DNA from: an uncultured virus (IMG/VR IMGVR_UViG_3300031760_000053)
Lineage: Duplodnaviria; Heunggongvirae; Uroviricota; Caudoviricetes
IMG/VR virus record: IMGVR_UViG_3300031760_000053
Reading direction: 5' to 3' (one strand)
Length of the DNA stretch: 64,000 nucleotides
The notes beneath the pieces were generated by a model that searched no databases, was not told the DNA's origin, and saw only the letters and a program-made list of their open reading frames with translations. This document shows, piece after piece, positions 1 to 7,402 of this stretch; the stretch's first letter is position 1; each line of letters begins with the position of its first letter. The position numbers were made by a program, and so were the translations under genes.

Positions 1-28
1 TACAGGCTTATATGCAAAGCAATCAGAT

Positions 29-412
29 ATGAACGCAGTACAGGCAGTTATTCCTTCTGATGCTAGTGCTAGTAATCAGTTAGTAACTAACAAAGTTACA
101 GTTTTACTAGAAGTTTCACTACTTCCTGAAGCAAATGATGTTGCACAGGCAAATGCTGATGTAATAAAAACAGGGCATATAGTACAACTGACTATCTATG
201 GATTTCAAACCTATGATGCAAAGAATAGTAAGATAGGCGAGTTTCCTTCAATACCTCGCCCAGCGTCGGAGGTATTCTTTATTGCAGCAGATGATGGGGA
301 TACAGATATTCATCCCCTATATCTATCCACAGACGCAGAGATTTATTCATTCGAAAATATCTCTAATCTAGTCTTCAGACCCTGTACAATTACTTATATT
401 AGTAATGAGTAA
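29..412 (+). CDS. hypothetical protein, probably C-terminal part of a virion/tail protein (may start upstream of the window)
   Basis: ORF at window edge, co-oriented with the structural/lysis arm. Confidence 0.5.
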   Translation: MNAVQAVIPSDASASNQLVTNKVTVLLEVSLLPEANDVAQANADVIKTGHIVQLTIYGFQTYDAKNSKIGEFPSIPRPASEVFFIAADDGDTDIHPLYLSTDAEIYSFENISNLVFRPCTITYISNE

Positions 413-448
413 CCACACCTCAATTATTTATAGGATATAGGAGGTTAT

Positions 449-646
449 ATGTCAAACAAAACATATGACTTTTTGAAATATGTGGCACAGGTGGTGCTTC
501 CTGCTATCGGTACGTTATACTTTGCTATAGCAGAAATTTGGAAGCTCCCTTGTGCTGAGCAGGTAGTCGGCACTATTACCGCAGTAGATACTTTCTTGGG
601 TATTTTGCTCGGTATTAGTAGTAACAAATATTATAAAAAGGTCTGA
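449..646 (+). CDS. holin, Dp-1-like family
   Basis: 65 aa, two TM segments, MSNKTYDFLKYVAQVVLPAIGTLYFAIAEIW...VDTFLGILLGISS matches the Dp-1 holin pattern; GGAGG RBS. Confidence 0.85.
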   Translation: MSNKTYDFLKYVAQVVLPAIGTLYFAIAEIWKLPCAEQVVGTITAVDTFLGILLGISSNKYYKKV

Positions 647-667
647 AAAGACCTTGAGGAGTTGTAA

Positions 668-1294
668 ATGGATATTACAGGTGCAACACCAACATTGTCA
701 GTTGGCAATAACGATGGCTTCGGCGGCGGTTTTGGAATGATGTTCCTTGCGTTCCTTGCTATTATGGGTATGGGTGGTGGCTTCTTTGGTGGCAATCGTG
801 GACCGATGATGCCACCTATGACAGGCGACCAAGCGCCAGCATCTTCTGCGCAGTTGCAGAATGCTATGAACTTTAACGACTTGCAGGACCAGAACCGCGA
901 TATAAACAATAACGTGAACAACGTGTACCACGACCTTGCTGCAAATGTGAGCGACAAATATATGGAACTTCAGCGCGACATTGCCGCAAATGCTGTTATG
1001 TCGCAGCAGATTTTGGCTAAGCAAGCAGAGTGTTGCTGCGAAGTAAAGCAGCAGATTGCTGCACTTAACCTTGAGAACGAAAAACGTTTCAACGCACTCG
1101 GTAGTAAGATGGACCAGCAGGAAATCCAGCGACTTCGCGACCAGCTTGCAATGCAGTCGCAGCAGATGCAGGACTTGAAGTCTGACATTCGTATGCAGGG
1201 CGTTTTCCGTATGCCGCAGGGCTACACATTTAATGCAGGTCCGGGACCTTTCGCAGCACAACCGCTTCCATTCCCAATGGGAGCTATTGCATAA
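668..1294 (+). CDS. conserved gut-phage protein: Gly-rich TM N-terminus, coiled coil with CCC motif
   Basis: GFGGGFG-TM-GGGFFGG, then QAECCCEVKQQI coiled coil; GAGGAG RBS. Confidence 0.75.
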   Translation: MDITGATPTLSVGNNDGFGGGFGMMFLAFLAIMGMGGGFFGGNRGPMMPPMTGDQAPASSAQLQNAMNFNDLQDQNRDINNNVNNVYHDLAANVSDKYMELQRDIAANAVMSQQILAKQAECCCEVKQQIAALNLENEKRFNALGSKMDQQEIQRLRDQLAMQSQQMQDLKSDIRMQGVFRMPQGYTFNAGPGPFAAQPLPFPMGAIA

Positions 1295-1318
1295 AATTAT
1301 TTTATAGGAGATTAGATT

Positions 1319-2020
1319 ATGGCAGTAATCAGTTATTTGAACCTTGCAGGTGTTCGCAAAATTGCTTCTGAAGTTAAGAAGCGTGTTTCACAGATGTATG
1401 ACATCAAAGGTACAGCACGTTATATCAACGAGGATGCTGTAGACACTACGTTTACAAGCACAGGCTTGTGGAAGCAGGCGAGCGGTGTATGGACAAAAGT
1501 TGACTCATTCAAAGTTGGTTATGTCTACAACATCGAGAACCCATTTGTTACCGACTCTGACTTCGTGGAAGGCGCAGGAAACAAAGTTACGGGCGGTACA
1601 AACATTGTTGTTGTAAACGAGGGTACTGATGTTGCACCTGTACTCAAGTTTGACTTGCTTGCAAACGCAATGTCACTTGATGCTTATCAGCTCAAAGTAT
1701 TGCAGAATCCTGTAACTGTATTCTCGAACCAGACTCCAACAGTGTACACTGCTGCCGCAGACTTGCCATCAACAGAGCCTGTTGCAAGTGCTACAATTGC
1801 AGACCTTATGGTTGCTATTATTGGTGGCTCTTCTTCTGAGGCAGGTGATGTTTATCGTGCGAGCGTTACTGTAAACGCTTCTGACGAAACAAAGAATGAC
1901 ATTACTTGGGTAAAGCTCGGCGACCAGCTTACTGTGGAAGGTATGCTCAGCCTTTTGGCATCAACAGCACCTAACACACCAATTACCGACGCAGAAATCG
2001 AAGCGGCGTTTGCCGACTAA
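1319..2020 (+). CDS. putative virion/tail accessory protein
   Basis: 233 aa; N-terminal YLNLAG and C-terminal PITDAEIEAAF typical of tail accessory proteins; AGGAG RBS. Confidence 0.6.
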   Translation: MAVISYLNLAGVRKIASEVKKRVSQMYDIKGTARYINEDAVDTTFTSTGLWKQASGVWTKVDSFKVGYVYNIENPFVTDSDFVEGAGNKVTGGTNIVVVNEGTDVAPVLKFDLLANAMSLDAYQLKVLQNPVTVFSNQTPTVYTAAADLPSTEPVASATIADLMVAIIGGSSSEAGDVYRASVTVNASDETKNDITWVKLGDQLTVEGMLSLLASTAPNTPITDAEIEAAFAD

Positions 2021-2026
2021 CCATAG

Positions 2027-2050
2027 AAGAGCAAGGGAAACCTTGCTCTT
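2027..2050 (+). promoter_or_regulatory. GAAA-tetraloop hairpin (stability or weak terminator)
   Basis: aagagcaagg-gaaa-ccttgctctt, 10-bp stem, no U-tract, directly followed by AGGAGG. Confidence 0.5.
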
Positions 2051-2065
2051 AGGAGGTTTACATTT

Positions 2066-2155
2066 ATGTGTGATTGTAATAGAATACAAGTCGTTGTACC
2101 GACAGCTGAAAAGATGAACATTCAAGCCAGTGGGTTAAAGATGTCAACAAAGTAA
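2066..2155 (+). CDS. small 29-aa peptide (MCDCNRIQVVVPTAEKMNIQASGLKMSTK)
   Basis: AGGAGG RBS upstream; fills the gap; below ORF-track cutoff. Confidence 0.5.
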   Translation: MCDCNRIQVVVPTAEKMNIQASGLKMSTK

Positions 2156-2164
2156 GGGTAGTGT

Positions 2165-2650
2165 ATGTGGGATGCTATTGCTAGAATACTTACAGACAAA
2201 CAATCTAGTACAATGTTTGGCTTTGTGGTTTTAGTGATAGTTCTGTTAAGTGCTTTAGCAAAACTTGGCATCGTAAATATAAAGACCGAGCATATAAAGA
2301 TTGGTAAAGCAACAGACAACGAACGAGAGATTGTTAAGCGACAGCTCTCGTTCGTGGACGGTGCTATAAATATGTTTGAATCGAAAATACCTAAATACGA
2401 AGGGTATAATGAATGGCGAGCAAAAACTGTGCTAAGTTTAATATACAAAGAGTGTATGTCGTGGGTGCTTTTTAATCACATACGAGATACACCTGAGTAT
2501 ATAGGACTTAAACAGACTATCATTTGGAATATCATTCTATGTAATTGTCCTAATGAATTGCATAGAAGCGATGAGTTTAAGAAATTAGTATGCGACCATA
2601 TTGCAGAAAGCATCAAAATACTAATCAAGATTAGGAAGGAGTACCAGTAG
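2165..2650 (+). CDS. membrane protein with N-terminal TM, lysis-cassette associated
   Basis: TM FGFVVLVIVLLSALAKLGIV; lies directly before the spanin-like pair. Confidence 0.65.
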   Translation: MWDAIARILTDKQSSTMFGFVVLVIVLLSALAKLGIVNIKTEHIKIGKATDNEREIVKRQLSFVDGAINMFESKIPKYEGYNEWRAKTVLSLIYKECMSWVLFNHIRDTPEYIGLKQTIIWNIILCNCPNELHRSDEFKKLVCDHIAESIKILIKIRKEYQ

Positions 2651-3120
2651 TGTGGAAAAGAAAAAATCTATTGGGTTTGCTTTTAGGATTGTTTTGTTTT
2701 ATATTACCGTTTGTGTCGCTTGCACAGTCTTCACAGGATGTGCCACCACAAAAAGAGAATATCCCGTTGACGATGATATCCTCTCATATCAAAGAGAAAT
2801 TGCAAGACTTGAAAGTACAATCGAACGCTATAACGACGAGATTGGAAATTGTGTCGAAGACCTTGGAAGAATCCGAGAAAGAGCGGCTGGACTTGAAGGA
2901 ACAGTCGACGAGGTTATCTATCTCTTTGATGAATATCAACAGGGAGTTGAACGATTGTTACAAAGATATAGAGAATTACAAGCGTACACTCGAAGAGAGG
3001 ACAGTGGTGCTGACATACCTAGCGATACTGATGGTGATAAGGGTGCTAGCAGTGGCAGTGGGTTACATACTATACTTCAAGGGGATTAAAGTTCCTCGCT
3101 GGTTGGACATACTATTATGA
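2650..3120 (+). CDS. putative inner-membrane spanin component (signal/TM, coiled coil, C-terminal TM)
   Basis: GTG start; hydrophobic N-terminus ending VSLA-Q; heptad coiled coil; C-terminal TM. Confidence 0.6.
   Translation: MWKRKNLLGLLLGLFCFILPFVSLAQSSQDVPPQKENIPLTMISSHIKEKLQDLKVQSNAITTRLEIVSKTLEESEKERLDLKEQSTRLSISLMNINRELNDCYKDIENYKRTLEERTVVLTYLAILMVIRVLAVAVGYILYFKGIKVPRWLDILL
2652..3089 (+). CDS. putative outer-membrane lipoprotein spanin component, nested in another frame
   Basis: GTG start; KKK, hydrophobic core and lipobox VFTG-C; coiled coil; fully overlapped by 2650..3120. Confidence 0.6.
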   Translation: MEKKKSIGFAFRIVLFYITVCVACTVFTGCATTKREYPVDDDILSYQREIARLESTIERYNDEIGNCVEDLGRIRERAAGLEGTVDEVIYLFDEYQQGVERLLQRYRELQAYTRREDSGADIPSDTDGDKGASSGSGLHTILQGD

Positions 3121-4244
3121 CAGAGCAAGACGTTGACGAGCGCATTAAAAAATTTTTCTCCAAAGAAAGACGACAACTCCTTATAGAAGTTGAGCGTCTT
3201 ATTAAGTTGTCATCTACCAACAATTCTTCATCTACTGTTACGATAGAGCAGGTAAAAGCTCTTATCGAAAAGCATACAGAGCAAGAATCTGCGTTCATTA
3301 CTCAGTGTATTTCAACTGCTACATCTGAGCTTGAACAAAGTTTTCAGAATGACTTAGCTGCAGAAAAAGATAAACAGACAGAGCTGCAGAACCAACTAGA
3401 AACTACTACCCAGATTCTTTCCGACGCACAATCTGCGCTTGAGAAAGAAACGGAAACAGTCGCAAGCCTTAATGATAAGCTACAGGAACAGCAGGATTCT
3501 TTGTCTGCATTAAACGCTCTAAACGACGAGTACTCTAAACAGATTGCTTCAATGGCAAAAGAGATAGTCGAATTAAAGAATACGCCAGCAGGAATTGATG
3601 AAGAAGCTGTAAATGCTCTTATTGGGAAAGCTACTAAGGAATTGCAGACTCAGTTGGAGTCATTAAAAACAGATGCTACTAAAGCAAGGACAGACGAGGA
3701 AACTGTAAAAAAACTGACGCAAGAGGTTGTAGATGCTACTGTTCCCTCGCTCGTTGACAAATATCTTTTAGATTACAACTCTACGATTCAAACGTATTTG
3801 ATGAACTACAATACTAAAATTGAGCAGTATCTAAAAGAGCATACGGCAGGTAGTGCTACTGCAGAAAGCGTAGCAGACTTACAAGCACAGCTTAACAAGT
3901 TACAAAAGCAAGTCGTTACAAATTATCAAGAGCTTGCTAAGGGCGAGCAAGATACTGGTAAGGTTTGGCTTGATGAGAACACTGTGTACAACAGACTGGT
4001 GCTGCCTACTACAATTTCTTTTAATGACCAGAGGTGGACTTATATCCAGCATATTCCGAACTTTGAGCAGATACAGACAATCATATCTATCAAGGGTATC
4101 ATCACGTCGTATGGCAAAGTCCAGAACGCAGTACACAACGTAGACATCTGGCGAGTTACGGCTGATGGCAATCTTGAAGCTCGTTCTTTGTTTGGAGAAA
4201 CAACAGTAAGCGCAATTTACTTAGAGTATACTAAGAAGGTGTAA
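3117..4244 (+). CDS. coiled-coil protein with C-terminal tail-fibre-like domain
   Basis: long coiled coil; C-terminal EQDTGKVWLD...YLEYTK motif typical of fibre C-termini. Confidence 0.6.
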   Translation: MTEQDVDERIKKFFSKERRQLLIEVERLIKLSSTNNSSSTVTIEQVKALIEKHTEQESAFITQCISTATSELEQSFQNDLAAEKDKQTELQNQLETTTQILSDAQSALEKETETVASLNDKLQEQQDSLSALNALNDEYSKQIASMAKEIVELKNTPAGIDEEAVNALIGKATKELQTQLESLKTDATKARTDEETVKKLTQEVVDATVPSLVDKYLLDYNSTIQTYLMNYNTKIEQYLKEHTAGSATAESVADLQAQLNKLQKQVVTNYQELAKGEQDTGKVWLDENTVYNRLVLPTTISFNDQRWTYIQHIPNFEQIQTIISIKGIITSYGKVQNAVHNVDIWRVTADGNLEARSLFGETTVSAIYLEYTKKV

Positions 4245-4245
4245 T

Positions 4246-4710
4246 ATGAATCTTGTAAAGGATTTAATTCCAGATGGCGTGCCGTGTGATACAAAGAAAC
4301 ACTTTGTAAACCACAAGGCAGAAAACATTACTATCCATTACACAGGTCCGCTACCTAAACAGACACCTGCTCAGGTGCGAAAGTATTGGATTGACAGTAA
4401 GGGTGAGCCGTCAGCACATTTTATCATTAAAGATGATGATGTGCTGCAGTGCTGGGAAATCGATAAGATTGCTTGGCATACTGGTACTAGCAGAGGAAAC
4501 CACTCTAGTATCGGCATCGAGGTTATCCCCGAAACGAAGGATGGCAAGTTCAGTGAGCGGAGTATCGCATCTCTTAAAGAGCTTATTGCAACTTTGCCAA
4601 AGCTGCCGATTGTTCGTCACTATGATTGGTCAGGAAAGAAGTGTCCTGCGTATTATGTTGACGATAAAAAATGGAAAGATTTGTTGGAAAAAATTTCAAC
4701 AAAGGCTTGA
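4246..4710 (+). CDS. endolysin, N-acetylmuramoyl-L-alanine amidase (Amidase_2)
   Basis: ITIHYT, SAHFII, IAWHTG, NHSSIGIEV, RHYDWSGKKCP zinc-amidase motifs. Confidence 0.92.
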   Translation: MNLVKDLIPDGVPCDTKKHFVNHKAENITIHYTGPLPKQTPAQVRKYWIDSKGEPSAHFIIKDDDVLQCWEIDKIAWHTGTSRGNHSSIGIEVIPETKDGKFSERSIASLKELIATLPKLPIVRHYDWSGKKCPAYYVDDKKWKDLLEKISTKA

Positions 4711-4735
4711 CAGTACAAGGATTATGCTTTAGAAT
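4707..4735 (+). promoter_or_regulatory. sigma70-type promoter
   Basis: TTGACA (4707-4712), 17 bp, TAGAAT (4730-4735). Confidence 0.65.
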
Positions 4736-4741
4736 AATTAT

Positions 4742-4850
4742 TGTAATCGCAATCTTTCTTTTTTAATCTAGGCGTTTGAAGAAAGACCAAAAGACTTAAC
4801 ATCCTCCTTTTTCGGAAAGCTACATCACGCAGTAGCTTTCCGTTTTTTTT
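4742..4850 (+). ncRNA. candidate ~110-nt small RNA with anti-SD motif
   Basis: between a consensus promoter and an intrinsic terminator, no ORF with RBS; contains ACAUCCUCCUU. Confidence 0.45.
4813..4850 (+). terminator. intrinsic terminator at the convergence of the two arms
   Basis: cggaaagctac-loop-gtagctttccg followed by T8. Confidence 0.85.
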
Positions 4851-4851
4851 C

Positions 4852-5022
4852 TTAGTTAAGAATCTCTGCTCTATACTTTTGTATAGCACAGCGTTTCCCT
4901 AGTCTTTCTAGCTCTCGTCTACGACGTTCTGCTTTTTGTAAAGACACTCCTCTATCCATTGTTTCCCAATACACATCTCCATTTGAGAGAGATTTTTCCA
5001 CATACAATGTAAACAATGTCAT
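4852..5022 (-). CDS. hypothetical protein, 56 aa
   Basis: manual translation MTLFTLYVEKSLSNGDVYW...; GGAGG RBS. Confidence 0.55.
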   Translation of the reverse strand: MTLFTLYVEKSLSNGDVYWETMDRGVSLQKAERRRRELERLGKRCAIQKYRAEILN

Positions 5023-5023
5023 T

Positions 5024-5368
5024 TTACACCTCCACGAAAGACATCATACTATGCTCTCTACCACACTTGCTACACATCAGCATAGCAGATTTGTTTTCAA
5101 TAACCTTACTCAACAGCACTGTTTTTAGATACTGATGGCAATCAGGGCATCGCAGGTCTGTTTTTAAGCCAGAGTGTTCTTTAATGTATCTGGAACACTC
5201 TCTCAGTTTAAGCCTTGTGTGACCTTCTAAGAACTCGCACTTGAGGTCTTCTACAGACCAATGCTTGCACATATTACAGCAGCGTTTCTGCCCTAGCTGC
5301 TGTATAGTTTTTGCATTGCGCTCTTTTGTCGCATCGGTCTTATTTAAGATACCTTCAACTTTATTCAT
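5024..5368 (-). CDS. Cys-rich zinc-binding protein
   Basis: CNMC, CPDC, CSKC motifs; AGGAG RBS. Confidence 0.65.
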   Translation of the reverse strand: MNKVEGILNKTDATKERNAKTIQQLGQKRCCNMCKHWSVEDLKCEFLEGHTRLKLRECSRYIKEHSGLKTDLRCPDCHQYLKTVLLSKVIENKSAMLMCSKCGREHSMMSFVEV

Positions 5369-5378
5369 TCGGCAACTC

Positions 5379-5591
5379 CTAGCACAGTGTTGGTTGTGCT
5401 TTTGTCTTCTTCTCTCTCTCTGTTACAGCGATTGCTTTTTGCAGCTGCAGCAGTAGATTATCAACTTGTCCTTCCCAATACTTAGCATCAACCATTTCAT
5501 TGTATGCTTTATGTAATTGGAACTCTTTTTGTTTCTTTCTCATCAAATCCACAGCTTCTACAAAACTGCGGACTTCTCCAAACTTAATCAT
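5379..5591 (-). CDS. hypothetical protein
   Basis: ORF coupled to neighbours in the - strand operon. Confidence 0.6.
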   Translation of the reverse strand: MIKFGEVRSFVEAVDLMRKKQKEFQLHKAYNEMVDAKYWEGQVDNLLLQLQKAIAVTEREKKTKAQPTLC

Positions 5592-6082
5592 TTGCTACAT
5601 CCAAAAGGTTCGTTATCTATAGGAAGCCCAGCCTTATCTCTAGCTGCCCTCCATATCCAATAATCTTGTTCATCGTATATATCATACTTAGGGTCATACC
5701 TTTCATCCCAAGAATCTTCTACATATAAACTACTAGTGCCGCCTGTTGTTTCTATCTTTACCCAATGCTTTTCTACAAAAACTTGAGCATAGATATGATT
5801 CAACACATACGGACCTGTGTAACTCCAAGATGGATTAGGATTCCTGTTTACCACAAGACGAACTGTATCCTTCCCATAACGAGATACCCAAAGGTTATAA
5901 AATATAATTGCGTTGTCTATGCACGTAATTCTGCCATCGCCATTTATATCCTTTTCCATTGCCAAAGCGTCGTTCAAGAGATTATAAACTTTATAAAACT
6001 CTTCCCTAGATTTTATGGCTTCAATTCCAAAAAGAAAAGAACATTCCAATATCAACGCAAAAAACAATACAAACTTCTTCAT
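5588..6082 (-). CDS. exported protein, possible transglutaminase/papain-like fold
   Basis: start moved to MKKFVLFF (GGAGG RBS); signal peptide; CIDNA...NHIYAQV...WVKIE Cys-His-acid pattern. Confidence 0.55.
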   Translation of the reverse strand: MKKFVLFFALILECSFLFGIEAIKSREEFYKVYNLLNDALAMEKDINGDGRITCIDNAIIFYNLWVSRYGKDTVRLVVNRNPNPSWSYTGPYVLNHIYAQVFVEKHWVKIETTGGTSSLYVEDSWDERYDPKYDIYDEQDYWIWRAARDKAGLPIDNEPFGCSK

Positions 6083-6095
6083 ACAAGACCTCCTT

Positions 6096-6275
6096 TTAGT
6101 CTTTGTCAATATAGTCAAGAACGCCTACCACAACTATAATAATAAGAAGTACACTTCTTATTATAGATTCTAAAGCCCATACACCAGAGGTAGCAGATGC
6201 AAATACTACCCCTATATCAACGCTTATTGTGACCAGAACCCATATACCAATCAGAATGTCAACGAGCTTTCTCAT
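6096..6275 (-). CDS. small two-TM membrane protein
   Basis: two hydrophobic segments; start uncertain. Confidence 0.5.
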   Translation of the reverse strand: MRKLVDILIGIWVLVTISVDIGVVFASATSGVWALESIIRSVLLIIIVVVGVLDYIDKD

Positions 6276-6444
6276 TCTTACGTACTTGCTCCTCACTAGC
6301 ATTAAGTTCTGCAATAGCATTTATTACTGTGCGCCATTTGTCGTCACTAGCCATCATCTGTTTATACATATCCACACGCATTTCAATAGGGCTAACAATT
6401 CCCTGCTGTCTGTGTTCTCTCGTAACATCGTAACTCTTATTCAT
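6259..6444 (-). CDS. hypothetical protein
   Basis: ORF in operon, GAGGTG RBS. Confidence 0.5.
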   Translation of the reverse strand: MNKSYDVTREHRQQGIVSPIEMRVDMYKQMMASDDKWRTVINAIAELNASEEQVRKNEKAR

Positions 6445-6599
6445 TTATACACCTCGTGCCAATCCTTGAAAATGGTGTCAAGTTCAAAATCTTTGCAGGG
6501 TTCTGTATTTCCTGCTTCCCTATGCCTTCTCAAAAAGCATATTCCATAATGTAAGCAATCTGTGCAGTCATAACCTTTACTAGTTGCTTCCGTTGTCAT
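6441..6599 (-). CDS. small Cys-rich protein, 52 aa
   Basis: manual translation MTTEATSKGYDCTDCLHYGIC...; GAGGAG RBS; ATGA overlap. Confidence 0.55.
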   Translation of the reverse strand: MTTEATSKGYDCTDCLHYGICFLRRHREAGNTEPCKDFELDTIFKDWHEVYK

Positions 6600-6602
6600 A
6601 AA

Positions 6603-7022
6603 TTACTCCTCTTTATATTTTGGTAGCTCGAACCAAGCAATAGGCGGTGGGTCAATTTCCAAAGAATCTAATCCTGGCTGTTCGTAAGCATACCACCAAG
6701 TATTAAAAGTAGGGTCATAGTAAGCAATATCTCCCTCGTCAGTTAAAATATTAGCCGAATACCTATGTCTATATCCTTTTGGCACAGGCGGCAAATCTCC
6801 ATCAGCAACCTTGTGCCACTTTGGTTTATACCGTTCTGCACCCTGCATATAAGCAACTGTCGCAAGGTCTGCTTCTGCCATTTCTTTACCCTCTTTAAGT
6901 CCGTACATAACTGCAGCTTTGATTTCTTTTTTAGTTACTTTTTCATTAAAAATACAATGAACAGCCATTTTATGCCTGACTATTTTTTCAGCATATTCTT
7001 CTGCCATCTCTTCGTCTGTCAT
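6603..7022 (-). CDS. hypothetical phage protein (DUF551-like C-terminus)
   Basis: MTDEEMAEEYA...KWHKVADGDLP...IAWFELP pattern. Confidence 0.65.
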   Translation of the reverse strand: MTDEEMAEEYAEKIVRHKMAVHCIFNEKVTKKEIKAAVMYGLKEGKEMAEADLATVAYMQGAERYKPKWHKVADGDLPPVPKGYRHRYSANILTDEGDIAYYDPTFNTWWYAYEQPGLDSLEIDPPPIAWFELPKYKEE

Positions 7023-7024
7023 AG

Positions 7025-7399
7025 TTACCCCTTGATTAGCTTTTGACGCTCCTTAATCATCTTGATTAAGGTCTTAGCTTCATCTCTTTTACAAGCGTTC
7101 TTAGCTTCCTTTGCTACCTTCTTCTTTCTCTTTGCACATTCAAGCATCATATCCAGCACTTCTCTATACCCTGGATAAGAAGATGTTCGTGCTTTTATAA
7201 TCTTCTCATCAGCCTGTAGGTCGTATCCTCTTTCTTCTGCCCATTTTCTGATACATCCGTTTTGAACATCAGTATACAAATTTGACATATGAAACTCCCA
7301 CCAACCAACCCCGTCAGAAGACTTCTTTCCTAACTGGGGCTTGTATTGGTTACCCCCTAAACAGAATCCCAATACAAAACCTGTTCCAAAACTCAACAT
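7025..7399 (-). CDS. hypothetical protein
   Basis: ORF, AAGGAG RBS. Confidence 0.6.
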   Translation of the reverse strand: MLSFGTGFVLGFCLGGNQYKPQLGKKSSDGVGWWEFHMSNLYTDVQNGCIRKWAEERGYDLQADEKIIKARTSSYPGYREVLDMMLECAKRKKKVAKEAKNACKRDEAKTLIKMIKERQKLIKG

Positions 7400-7402
7400 A
7401 AT

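Noticed and set aside
4724..4803. Short - strand ORF starting at AAGGAGG-ATG
   Set aside because: SD directly abuts the ATG (zero spacing) and the ORF is only ~26 codons; the anti-SD sRNA reading fits better.
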